NCBI GenBank assembly: GCA_000320545.1
Contig: ADNK01001088.1
Span: 62,001-126,000 of the forward strand
Origin: Bigelowiella natans CCMP2755
Taxonomy: Eukaryota > Protista > Cercozoa
Direction of reading: 5' to 3'
Length of the DNA stretch: 64,000 nucleotides
How positions within the stretch are numbered: position 1 is the first letter of the stretch; each line of letters begins with the position of its first letter. This document shows, in pieces, positions 38,571-50,187 of the stretch. Below the pieces are notes generated by a model. That model was not told the origin of the DNA and searched no databases. It saw nothing but the letters and a program-made list of their open reading frames with translations. Position numbers and translations under genes: made by a program.

Positions 38571-40529
38571 ATGAAAGGAGCTGTCGATGTGGACGACCTA
38601 GATGATGACGAATCCTCGGATGAGTATTTCCCAGAAGATGAAGATGAAAAATTGTTCCGGAAGAGTCGCAGCGTCGTGCTGGCGCGCCACTCTTCCTCCT
38701 CAAAGAGAAGTTCTCATTTTGCAGTAGTAGAAGTAGAAAACAAATTAATTATCAGTTAAGTCTCGCACATTATCTCGATTTTTCTCTATACCAAGTTGAG
38801 GCAAAGTTAGATGAATACTTCATTCTCATATCTGGTATCCATTTACATGTTTTCTAGAGAATTCCAAATCGCGTCATCAACGCAGATCGCTGCAATTGAG
38901 GATTCCCAAGAATAGTGAAAACAGGCGCAAACGTGGAAGTAAAGCGAGAGTAAAAAATATTTTACCTTAAAATATATCATAATAGGAATCTCAACCAACA
39001 AACATCACATTCTTTAGGGTCACCGCTACAATCGCAGCATGCCATCCTGCCCATTCGATGCAAGCGATGAAAGCAAGGATCACAACAACATTAATGCCGG
39101 GAAAGAAAAGTATAGAAGATGGATAGGTGAAAGAAAATTTCCATTCGTCAAGTTTGATCGCGATAGGGTAGCGCTTGATGATTCTTGCCAAAAGATACTA
39201 CGAGCTAGATAGTTGGAAGTGTTCGAACTCCTGACTGGAGAGACGCTTTGCGATGCGAAGAATCGATACAGAGGAGAGGTGGAAAATTTGAACGTTATAA
39301 TTCGTGCAGCAAAGCAAGAGATTTATAAACTTCAACTATATAAAGGTAGTACTTTTGTCAGTAAAAGTAACAATAAGGGATCGACAAACATCACACAAAA
39401 GCGAGAGGATGCGCTATTGCTGCGTATCAACAGCAGCATCGATAAAAGATCAGCCGCTCAAGGGATGATTCAAAACCTCGACCGTATTGAACGTGCAGTG
39501 AACATCATTCCTTCTTTAATCGGTTGCAAGCGTGTCGTTGAGCAACTAGTCAATGGCGGAATTCGAGCCCTAGACCATATAGAAGTTCCTGTACTAATTC
39601 AAAGAGAAGCTATTGAGCGTAATCGTCTGAAAGATTATATAAATTTAGCCGCGACCGACAGTCGCATAACTGAGTTTGAGAAATGGGTCATGTTTATCAA
39701 TAAGGTGAAGATAGGGCGCCGAAAGCCTGAGATCATAAGCTATCTTCAAGCAAAAGATATTTATAACACTACACTCGAGCCTTTGGCCGCAATGCTTGCC
39801 GCACGCCATTGGCCTGACTCGAAAATTAGCCTTGGTAACGACATGTCGACGAGAATCTCTACAGCAGGTGGGAAGAGAGCTAGAGGCAAAAAATCATTTG
39901 ATTTGACGGTGAGATTGTCTGGGGAAATACGCAGCAACGTGGAGGTTACTAGTGCTGATGAGGTCTCCCGGCCGAGGGATTTATATTACGCAATTAATCA
40001 TGGCATAGAAAAGGCTAAGGCAATGAAAGGAAAGGATGAAGATGCGTGGCGAGAGGTTAGTATTGGGATAAAGTGGAAAAGGGGAAGCGTTCACGTTGAA
40101 CATAAAAAAAGAATTCAATACCATGGCGATGGCACATATCACGTGTACCAGAGGCAGGACGATGGGAAGGAATTATACCTCTACAAAAGACACATTCTAC
40201 TGGATGATTTTCCTCATTATCTAGAACGTCACAAGAAAGCGTGCCGCTGGTTGGATTCTATCACTATATTTACAATCGATGGAGATCATTCATACAACAT
40301 AGTTCAAAATGGCCACGGTTGGGATATTGAGCATTCGGCTGCCACCGACGTTGCTCTCAGTAAGCGTAGAACTTTGAGAAGAATGAAAAGAGGCTATTTA
40401 GTATCCTCGAATAAGCTTGTACAAGATTCTATCAGGATCAATTTCAAGCAAGGAGAAGATATTATCAATCATTCGATGGTTGGGTCTACGAGACTCCATA
40501 GTAGGTACAAGTGGCAGGCCGAAATCTAA
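38571..40529 (+). CDS. Hypothetical protein; 1.3-kb terminal exon with a possible PD-(D/E)xK nuclease-like motif
   Basis: Acidic first exon (38571), probable 45-nt intron 39168-39212 in front of the 438-aa ORF; motif SFDLTV-x7-SNVEVT followed by a helix. Confidence 0.6.
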
Positions 40530-40950
40530 AAGTGACCTTTTGGCTAGTCGTGGGAAGTATGAGACGATACGTAACAACATTTGCTTCCCATACACTGAAC
40601 ATGCATGTGCGTTTAGATGACGCGGCAATATGTAACTATATGTACAATGCAATGTCCATGACTTGTGAATGTGATCAGCGCTATGTAGCTTGAATAGGCA
40701 TGTATCTAGGTATATTCTTAGTGCATTCGTTGGCTATTCAATGACGAATGTGCTGAAAACGTTAACCAGCGCCAATCATGATTCTTATGTAGCCATACTA
40801 GCATATATGTGTAGGACATGCATTGCTGGTGATAACCCTAGATTTGTGCAACTATTGTTGCTACAACTGTGATATACATCATCAATCACTGTTTTAAATT
40901 ACACTTTGCAATTATTACAGCTCCGCATCGCTTCTAGTTTTAACCCAATA

Positions 40951-42756
40951 TTATTCATCATCAGCGTCTGCCTGCTGGGATTCTGTTTCTCTCTTTGATT
41001 TGCTTAGAACTTGAGTGTTGAATGAACCGCAGTTGCCACACTGATCAGTGAAAACAATATATTAAGGTCTCCGCATAAAAACTTATTCAAAAATTATACC
41101 TTATGATACATGAAATGGAACGGAGCTGTTGAATATTGCTCACAGTCGTTACAGAGAATCTTTGCAACTATATCCCTGAACTCAGGAGGCATCGTGTGCT
41201 CGTTGAGGACACTTTGAATGCGGTCGAACATCGCAGTCATATTTCCCAGGGATTTACGACAGATAGGACATGTGTAGTTGTGCCGAATATACTTCCTGTA
41301 GCACTTGGTGTGGATGCAGTGCCTAGAAAAAGTATTTATCAACGCTAAGGTTTGGAAAACATCTAATATGTTAAATTGATAGATCGACCCGCACGGCATG
41401 AACATTACGGGCTTGGTTGAGGTGAACATGTACTCTCCGCACGCAGGGCAGTTTGAATCCATGGATCCACTGAAGCACTTATGCTCCGCCTGAATGTCCT
41501 TATTCACACAAGTTCCGCATTGTTTGCAATGGAAGAAATCTTCCTGTTTCCCTCGTCGACCTAAACGAATGCTATTATTATGGCGTGCTGAAATATTTCC
41601 ATTAGTTCAGGTTTCATTTACATATTCCACAGTGAATGCAATGATAGATGTCTCGATCCTTCTCATCGTCAAAGAATCGGCCTATGGAGTAAATGTGTGT
41701 CAATGGCTATATAATAAGACTTTGGATCTCTAAATCTCACAATGTCCGCAGTAGTAGCGGGCCATCCTCGCTCCACATTCTGGGTTTTTACAATTTGGAC
41801 CTACTGGCTGCTTAGTCATACACTTCATGCAGAGCATACTTGTAGTCTTTTCCCTGCGTAAATGTGCGAGAATAAGAAGAGGAAATGGAAATTCTGTCGG
41901 GTATGCAGACCTATTAAACTGATGGCTTTCTGCAGCGTTATGGCAATGACGACAAGTGTAAAACTTTTGACACTCTGAGCATTGAACCTTACACGAACGC
42001 CTGATGGAAAGGTTGATTAGGAGCGATGTGTTAGAACAAAAATTCCAGAGGTATGATTAGGTTATTACTTATAGTGTTTGCATCCAAGGATTTTGTTCTT
42101 TTCATCCTAAGTATCCAGCGGTTAAAGAGAATTAGTGCTGTAAACAGATGATTCGAAGCTGCATGATTATCTCTTTTATTCGTTATTAGATTCAGTCGAC
42201 TTAAGAACGAATTACTCACATGAAATGAAGGTTGTTCACCCTCCTCGGTTTCCAGTTTTTCTGGTTTGATTAAATTATCTATTGACTTCTTGTAAAGCTG
42301 TTGAACCTAAGAAATTTCGAGAAGAGGAAACTTGAGAATGAAATTCGTTTATCATTTTGAAGACAAAAGATGGAGAATCGTTTTTAAATCGAACCAATAT
42401 TCAAAAATCAATTTCCACCATAAATTTAGTTGGGAAATGGTCAATATTTGAAGAAAATATTTCGAGTGTGGCAGTACCTTGGCCCTCTTTTCCTCCGCCG
42501 AAAACTTGGGATTGCGGGTAACATCAAGAATGAGCTGCTGTAATGGCACACTCTGGTCAGTTCTCGAGTCTTTATTAGTTGAGATACTGAGCCTTTGGAC
42601 ATTAGGAGCGTCGTCTGATCCCTGATTAGTTAAGATACTGGGCTCTTGGGCGCCAACAGCGCCGTCCGGCGTGGAGTTCAGAGCCGGAGTTGACACCGGA
42701 GCGGGCTGATCATTACCAGTCTCCAAAGCAGCGTCATCGTCACTACCACCGGACAT
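40951..42756 (-). CDS. RCHY1: RING and CHY zinc-finger protein (Pirh2-like E3 ligase)
   Basis: GCKHY|RRSCKVQCSECQKFYTCRHCHN, YYCGHC, IYHCIHCGIC, FFHCKQCGTC, NCPACGEYMFTS..PCG|HCIH..CPICRKS, ILCNDC..FHFMYHK|CGNCGSFNT. Confidence 0.95.
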
Positions 42757-43266
42757 TTCGTTCAGCTACGAAGGGAAATTTCCATACAGTTGCGTTTCCT
42801 GTACAACTCGTAGGCGTGCGCGGGAATAAGCTTGGTGCGGGCTCTCTTCCTTCCTCGACCTCCTTCTCCTCGTCTTCTTCTGAGTTCGAGTTCCAGCCCT
42901 GTTCCAGCCCGTCTCCAGAGAATCTCGGAGGCAGCAAGAGTGAAACGAATACCGTGATTATTAGGAACACACAACAATGACGACAACAGTCGTTACAGCA
43001 ACGGCTGAGAAGAAACGGATGAGTGTAAAAAGTATAAGATAGTTCATCGATGCAAAATAGTCTGATTAGTGCATACACCTTCATTACATTCACATGTATT
43101 CATTCGTTCATCCAATGATGGAGAAGCAACTCAGAATGGGGTCAGGCTCTCAACGTCTTCATCATCTAATGCAGCCTTCATTCTATGCATTTATCAAATC
43201 CTTAAAGGCTGATCATCAAAGCACTGTTCTTTTCTATTTTGATGTTTTCCCATTGTGGGATAGGTA

Positions 43267-46200
43267 ATGGAGTTGCGTTTACCTAAATCATTTTCGGGGC
43301 CTTCTCGCCTTCGCCCGAGGCCACAGAAACGCCCCGGTACACAATGAAGAGAGGACAGCAGCTGAGAATAGTGAATACAATATTTTACTTAACAAGCATG
43401 GCAAATTGTGTATAATTTAGCCGCGTTTAAGCTACGTGAGTACACCTTTGGAGAGACCATAGGAGAGGGGACTTTTGGCAAAGTCAAGAGCGCCATCCAC
43501 AAAGTTACAAAGAAGAAGGTAAGTGCCTCATGGTGTGCGTTCAACTTTCAATTAATTCATACCACGATGGCTGCCAGAGTCATCATGAATCTTAATCCTG
43601 CTTCTGCAATAACCCTTCTGTTGCTTACAGGTGGCAATAAAGATTATCGATAAGAAACGGATAGTGAAATCCGCTGATCGCGTGCGTGTTCTTACCGAGA
43701 TCAAAATTTTGCAACGTTTGGACCACCCACACATTATAAGGCTCCACGAGGTGGGATCTATGAAAGTTTTCTATTCGCAATGCTGAACAAGTTCAATCCT
43801 GTTAACTATGGTTTAGGTCGCCGACAGCAAGAGGTATATCTTCCTCATCACGGAGTATATTTCTTGTGGAGAGCTCTTTGACTACATTGTGAAGCATGGG
43901 CGCCTATTGGTAAAGGATCTTTGTTAATCTAGTTGAACATTTGCTAATATTAATGCACAACTTAGGAATGGCAAGCTTGTCGATTCTTCCACCAGCTAAT
44001 AGATGCTGTGGAGTACATTCATAAAAAAGGCATTGTCCATCGCGATCTCAAGCCAGGTCTGGAAGTTAAACATTTCTGCTCTCTGTTTCCTACCGTAATT
44101 ACGCATACAATGTGGTGATGTATGTAATTCATTTGGCATAGAAAACATACTACTGGACGACAAGCTCAATATTAAGATTTGCGATTTTGGCCTGGGAAAT
44201 ATCGATAAAAATGGTATGGAAACTCTCCGTTAATACTGCTAAATATCCTTGTGAAATTTGCCCTGCTATGAGTATGTTGTTTCTGTTTTAAAAAAATAAT
44301 ACTACATAGAGAATTATTTTCAAATCTATTTCTTGCAACCGATAGTAGCAATTATTCCGATAGAAGCCATAATGCAGAGGAGTAAGGACGATATTTTCCG
44401 CACTGCGCCAACAATATTTAATCAGGGGGAATGTTCAAAACTGCCTGCGGTTCTCCATGTTACGTTGCCCCAGAAATGATTTCCGGTATGGAAGAATTTA
44501 TTTTTGCAGAAAACAAGACTAGTAAGATTTCTATTTTTTATAAGAAATGTCGCAGGAACAAACGACTTAGCTATCAAAGGACATTATTTTCTTGTTTTTT
44601 AAAATTCAATGACCAACTACTGCTCTTGTGGAGAAACATTAAAATACAGATTTGACCTAAAGAATGCATCGTTAAAAGGTGGCTATTATGAAGGCTCAGG
44701 AGTGGACATTTGGTTCGTTCCCGTTGATATTATTATCTAATCTTAGTGAAGTAGTTTCTGGCACTTCTGTTAATGTTTTTGCGGACGATGTCAATATTTC
44801 CGATATGCAGGGCTTGTGGAGTGATTCTGTACGCTATGCTATGCGGGTTTCTTCCATTCGAGGACAGTGGAAACCTTGCTGAACTGGTGAGCATGGTCTA
44901 ATATACGATTGGTGATAACGAGGATGGTGGTGGTGGTGGTGGTGGTGGTGGTGATGGTAGCAATGGTTACGATGATAAATCACGCAATGCAGCAGAGTCG
45001 ATGTCGCCTTCCTGTAATTGATTAGTACGACTTGATCTTCGAAGCAAACTACGAAATACCGCCCTTTCTATCGCGAGGTGGGTAACACACTGCAATAGTA
45101 ATTGTGATGGTGCTTGGCTAGAAATGAAAACAAATCATCACGCACATGATGGTTTATATGGAATAATTCAATGGTTGATTTTAGGCGCGCAAAGCTTAAT
45201 AGGAAAGATTCTAGTAGTGGATCCAACGAGAAGGTTCAGTATTTAACTCACTTCCCTCTCTCTGATATACCGTAGTAAGAGTGAGAGGAGATGAGTGTGG
45301 AATAGAAGGATTTACTGCACACGGCGTTGTTGTTGTTTGGTTTCCTGGTATCGTCAGATATGTAGTGCAACAAATAAGGAGGCACCGATGGTTCAGACTC
45401 ATTCCGGACATTAAGGTTGCTACACGCTGTGAGTCTTCTCGATCGTTCGACTATTCAAACTACACTGTTAGCAGTAAATTGTTGTATCAACACCTTACTT
45501 TTGAACAAATCAGGGTGATAGAAAAGTTGATCATGATGTGGACGCAAAGGTTAAGATATTATTTCTCAGTGGAGATCTCTCTTCCTAAGATCTACGATAT
45601 GCTTCATAATTATCATCAGATTGCGAGTGCTGTTATAGAAGACATCTCATCATTATATTCCTCTAATCAACCTCTTCGGAGCCCAAAGCGAATAACCCCA
45701 GGTGATTTTGATTATCTAACGGTCCGTTGTCCTTTATTCTCTGAATCTTGGTTTTTTTGGTCAGCCGAGAAAGACCATAAAAGGACGGGTTCTGCGAGGA
45801 CGAGGACGAAAAAAAATGGAAAAGAGTATGACTATATTTAACTGCAATAACTCCTGTTTGTCATAAAGAAGCCATCGTAGACCATATTCTTCGGTTTAGT
45901 TCACTTGGAGATATCTTCTACACAAAATACCTGATCTCTTGTTGTGGCAAATATGCAGTAGCGGGACATTCAATTGGGCCACTTCTCCCCCAGCAACTGA
46001 AAAGACGAGTCCAAAATCAAGTTCACCTTCTGCAAAGCCGGAGAACGTTGATAATAATCATCATCACCATAATCAAATTCCTCATTATCAACAACGAAAA
46101 TCACACCTAAATCCAAAGAAACAAGCAGCTGCTGGAAGATTCGGTATGTTGCTCCTTAGTTGCAGTTTAGCCCCGCACTAAATATGGTCTTCTTTCTTCT

Positions 46201-46398
46201 GTAGACTTCTATGGCATGCGAATGGCTCTTCCAGATAGTAAGCAGGTGAACAGAGTTAGATAGCAACCATCCCAGCTAAATGCTAATCTGTCGTTACTGT
46301 TTCAGGCACAGACCGTTGAGAGCGGCAATGCGAAAATAGTTAGTAAAGGGAAGTCAGCAAACACTAAAAAACAGCGGGAAAGTAGACCAAGGAGTTAA
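43267..46398 (+). CDS. Ser/Thr protein kinase, SNF1/AMPK (CAMKL) family
   Basis: [37 protein letters not shown]|[33 protein letters not shown]|[18 protein letters not shown]. Confidence 0.95.
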
Positions 46399-46740
46399 CA
46401 GCTGTCTCAATCATGCGTGCATGATGTCTGCTCGTTGTGGAATTGCACCCTCTTCAGCAAAAATGTGAGGAACACTAGAACACCTCAGTATGATGCCGTG
46501 CTAGCGTGGATGTGTGGGCGCGGCCTAACCCAACTAGCCAAACCATCACATACTACATTGCCTTGCCTGCTGCTTGACATCGCACTTGGTGCATTCATCG
46601 CTGCAGCTCGCTCGTTCAATGCATGGCGCTTCGGTCCTTCATGATGACTCATCGAAACTCGCTGTGTGCTGCGTGTAGCGCCAAGCTAGCAAGCAAACAG
46701 ATGCAGAGCTTGGCTTGCAATGAACTGTGTGCGCAAACGT

Positions 46741-47063
46741 CATGAAACAGATGTGATGATGTGATTAACAAATCTTTTCAATGGTCATCCTGATGTAGCT
46801 ATGCAAAGCAGTAGCGGCTACAGCGCCTGTGTTGTGTTTTTGGTAGGCAGCACGTAAGTGTATAAGTAAGACGCGGTGCATTGCTTCACAATTTGCACAT
46901 CTCGGGCCAAATTGCAATGCTAGAATGCTTTCACATGCATGCAACATGTGACACTAGAAACAAACAGACACATACAACTTAAGCGCTGTAGCCGCTGCTC
47001 TGCATAGCTACATTAGGATGACCATTGAAAAAATTTAAACATTTCATTACATTCGTCTCATAT
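46741..47063. mobile_element. Inverted pair of the ~100-bp repeat (about 46741-46840 on +, 46970-47063 on -), MITE-like arrangement
   Basis: TTTTCAATGGTCATCCTGATGTAGCTATGCAAAGCAG..CGGCTACAGCGC mirrored by GCGCTGTAGCCGCTGCTCTGCATAGCTACATTAGGATGACCATTGAAAA; no target-site duplication identified. Confidence 0.55.
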
Positions 47064-47118
47064 CTCGGGCCAGCATCGTAGGTATACGTATGCACACAAA
47101 ATATATTGTGTCAGTTGC

Positions 47119-48055
47119 CTACACATCATCGGAAAATGCATAGCTAGGTGTGAATGCTTGCTCTGCCCTTCGTTCCTTTTCCTGGTTCATTGCATCCATC
47201 TCCTCAAGTGACGGAACCTGACACAGTTCACTTCAATGTCGAATGATTGTTCCTTGCAGGCATAAATGTTTAGCATTGTGAGCTTGTTGTTCCTTCTCGC
47301 ATCTTCATTAAAATTCGTTCAAAAAATTAAATTAAACAACCTGCCAGAAGCATTGTTTAACCTTTGCTTGACCCTGTCGAGTTAAATCTTGGGATAGAGG
47401 GGATGTCCGATTTTTTGCCGGTGTTTCTTTCGGCATCTCAAGAGCTGGTGGGATTGCTTCATATTCCATCTTCAGAGGTGCTTTAAATTTGCTTCCCCCT
47501 TCCCCTGCCTCAAGTGAGACACTATGTTTATCACCACTTTTTGGAGGACATGGCATCTTGTTGGCCTCATTGACGAATGTTGACTTCAGTTCTTCCTCTT
47601 TAAACTCAGATTTGGCAAACATCTTTTTGGACGGAGTTTTTTCAGATTTGACATTGACATCAATTTCAACGTTTCCCTTCTTAGTGGAAGGCACCGTAGA
47701 GATAGGTGTGGAATTTTCTTTTACATCTCCACCATCATCAGCTTTTGATTCCAAATTATCCCACTTCTCCAGCCGTTTTATTGAGCGTTGGCGAAACCTA
47801 TTCCTTGTTTGAAACTGGAAAACAAATCAATCTTCTCGGGGTTTGCTCTTATTGAATGCGATCAATCACTGCTTACAACCTGAATCATCTCAGAAAAATC
47901 TGCGGAGTACTTTCGGTTAAGCTTCGTCTTGTTGCGTTTGGATTGAAAGGCCTTTTCCAGTATCTTTGTATCCTTATCAGAGTACTCAGTCCACGCATTC
48001 GGATTGTCATCTTCTTTTTCCAAATCCTAAACCGTGAAGGAAGTTCAAGAAATAC

Positions 48056-48095
<40 letters not shown>

Positions 48096-49671
48096 TTAGT
48101 ATCAAGACGGTGCTGTACCGATTTCCAAAGCCATACGCCTGTTGCAGACTTGTGCTTCCTCGGGGGACTTCTGACTATTGCTTTAGCTGGGAGAATTTCT
48201 TCCTTCACTACCTTAGCACTTCCTACGGTTACCTCGGCCACATTCAAAGGCTCGCAGGGTTTCTTCGCTGAAACGGGAAAAGACGAAGACTTGGTTCCAC
48301 TGAAAGACTGAGCTTTATTATTAGATCCTTGTACTTCGCGCTTGATTGGACGTCGGCGAAAATCGTTTTCTGTCTGAAACTAACGGATAATAGGGAAGAT
48401 ACTAGTAAAGATCGATTTATTTAGTGTATCATATGCATATTCAATGTGAAAGGTCCTCTTGCAAGGTTTTTACTAATTTATCCTGCTAGAATTACCTGAA
48501 TCATTTCTGAAAAATTTGCCGAGTAAGTTCGGTTAATTTTAGTTAATTTGCGCTGGGATTTAAAAGCCTTTTCGAGAATTTTAGACTCCTTTCGAGAGTA
48601 TGGTCTCCAGGAAGCAGAGTTGTTATCATCCGCTTCTAGATCCTGTGATAAAAAAATTGAAAAAATCTTTACTACTCTGAACAAAATTAATAAACTTATC
48701 TGAAAGGGAAAATATGACACCATCGCCACATCGGCTCTTTAGACATCTGCAACATTTTTTTTCTTTCTTGCCATAACTACCGATTTCCATAACCACACTG
48801 CTGCTCCTACTCCTCCTGCTGCTATGGCTATTGTTGAAGGCTTTGATGATTCATGTGGCTCTTCTTCTTTTTCTCCTTGATGCAAATCCTGGGATACGTC
48901 ATGCTTCAAATCAGCTCGGTTTTCATCCTCAACCCGACCTTCGTTGGATGATTCTATCAAAGATTCCCCACTTTTCTCCTCTTCACCGGCCTCCCGAAAC
49001 ATTTTGTATTTAGGTAACTCGAGTAATCGCTCCAAGGCACTCCTGGCCTCCGTTGCTAGTTCTTCGTGGCCTTCTAGAGCCAGAATCTCCGCAAACATCC
49101 TCATTTTTACTACCGCCCAGGTACCCTGCGCCTTTTCGATTGTTGCTATCCGTTTCTCTAGCGCCTGGGGTGACATGGTCCGCACTCGCATGTACGTATG
49201 AGAATAAGTGGCGTTTCGGGGTAGTTTTCCGCTTTCGAAGTGCTGCTGAACCAAACGGTTGAATCGGTTCTTCCTTTCCAATTCCCTTACTTCTGCAAGC
49301 TTGTCATCAAAGTCCATTCGATGATTAGATACTGACGCCTTGCTGCTAGCAGGGGTTGAATCGCTCGCTTGAGCGACACTGAGTGATATTTCCGCACCCT
49401 GTTTTGCTAAGCGCCTTGATTTGCGACGTGGCACATTTGTTGTGTAACTTGTATCTGTACGTTTCGATTTGGTGCGCTTCATCTTCATTTTCTTCTTCTT
49501 TGTATTTTTCAAATTTATACGATGGGGACAAGCGTTATTTTGTCCCCTTCCTCCCATCAGTCCCAGCTTTGCAAGCATGGCTTGGTTCTGCCGTATTCGT
49601 TCCTCCCGAGCCAGCTCAAAGGCAGACTTCCCACCCTCCTCCTCGCCTTCGAGCATGTTCTTTGATCCCAT
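47119..49671 (-). CDS. Nuclear protein with two tandem WWE-like domains
   Basis: N-terminal FELAREERIRQNQAMLAKLG and basic NLS; two repeats VWLWKS|DLE..W..YS...KILEKAF..YSA.FSEMIQ|FQT.N.FR.R.IKR. Confidence 0.8.
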
Positions 49672-50187
49672 GGGGATCTCACTACGCCAAGCGATTTTCT
49701 TCCTGTGTGGTCGAGCAGCCTTCTTAATCCGTGAACAAAGTAGTGGGGGTGGAAAGCTTTCCGGGAGCCACAGTCACAAATAAGAACCCCTTCCCTCCAC
49801 CTGTGAGCAGCAACAATTCGGATATTCAGATATTCTACCAATTATTTACCAGTCGCAACGTAGAAATGGCCTCTATCACCCGATCATATCATCCAGCAAA
49901 TTAAACCAGAAAATTGGGATCCAGTCTCCCGTATTTCGTCCCTGCGTCTTACTATAAGCAAGCAAGTACGTTTTACAAGGAGGATTTGCCCATCCGACAT
50001 CGCACGTCCTTTGTCGCAGGCTTCATGCTGCGCCGCCACGATGACGACAAACTCCTTCTGGGCCTTGCCGACGAAACTTTCGTCGGATATGGACGATTCT
50101 GGGGTGCTACGACGGTGTTAGCCATGACCAAGAGAGCACGCCCATTGGATATTTACGGCCTCGAGTCGAGGCTTTCTTGATTAAGGG

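Noticed and set aside
39168-39212. In-frame TAG directly before the 438-aa ORF, suggesting readthrough or recoding
   Set aside because: A 45-nt GT-AG intron removes it in frame, which is the simpler explanation.
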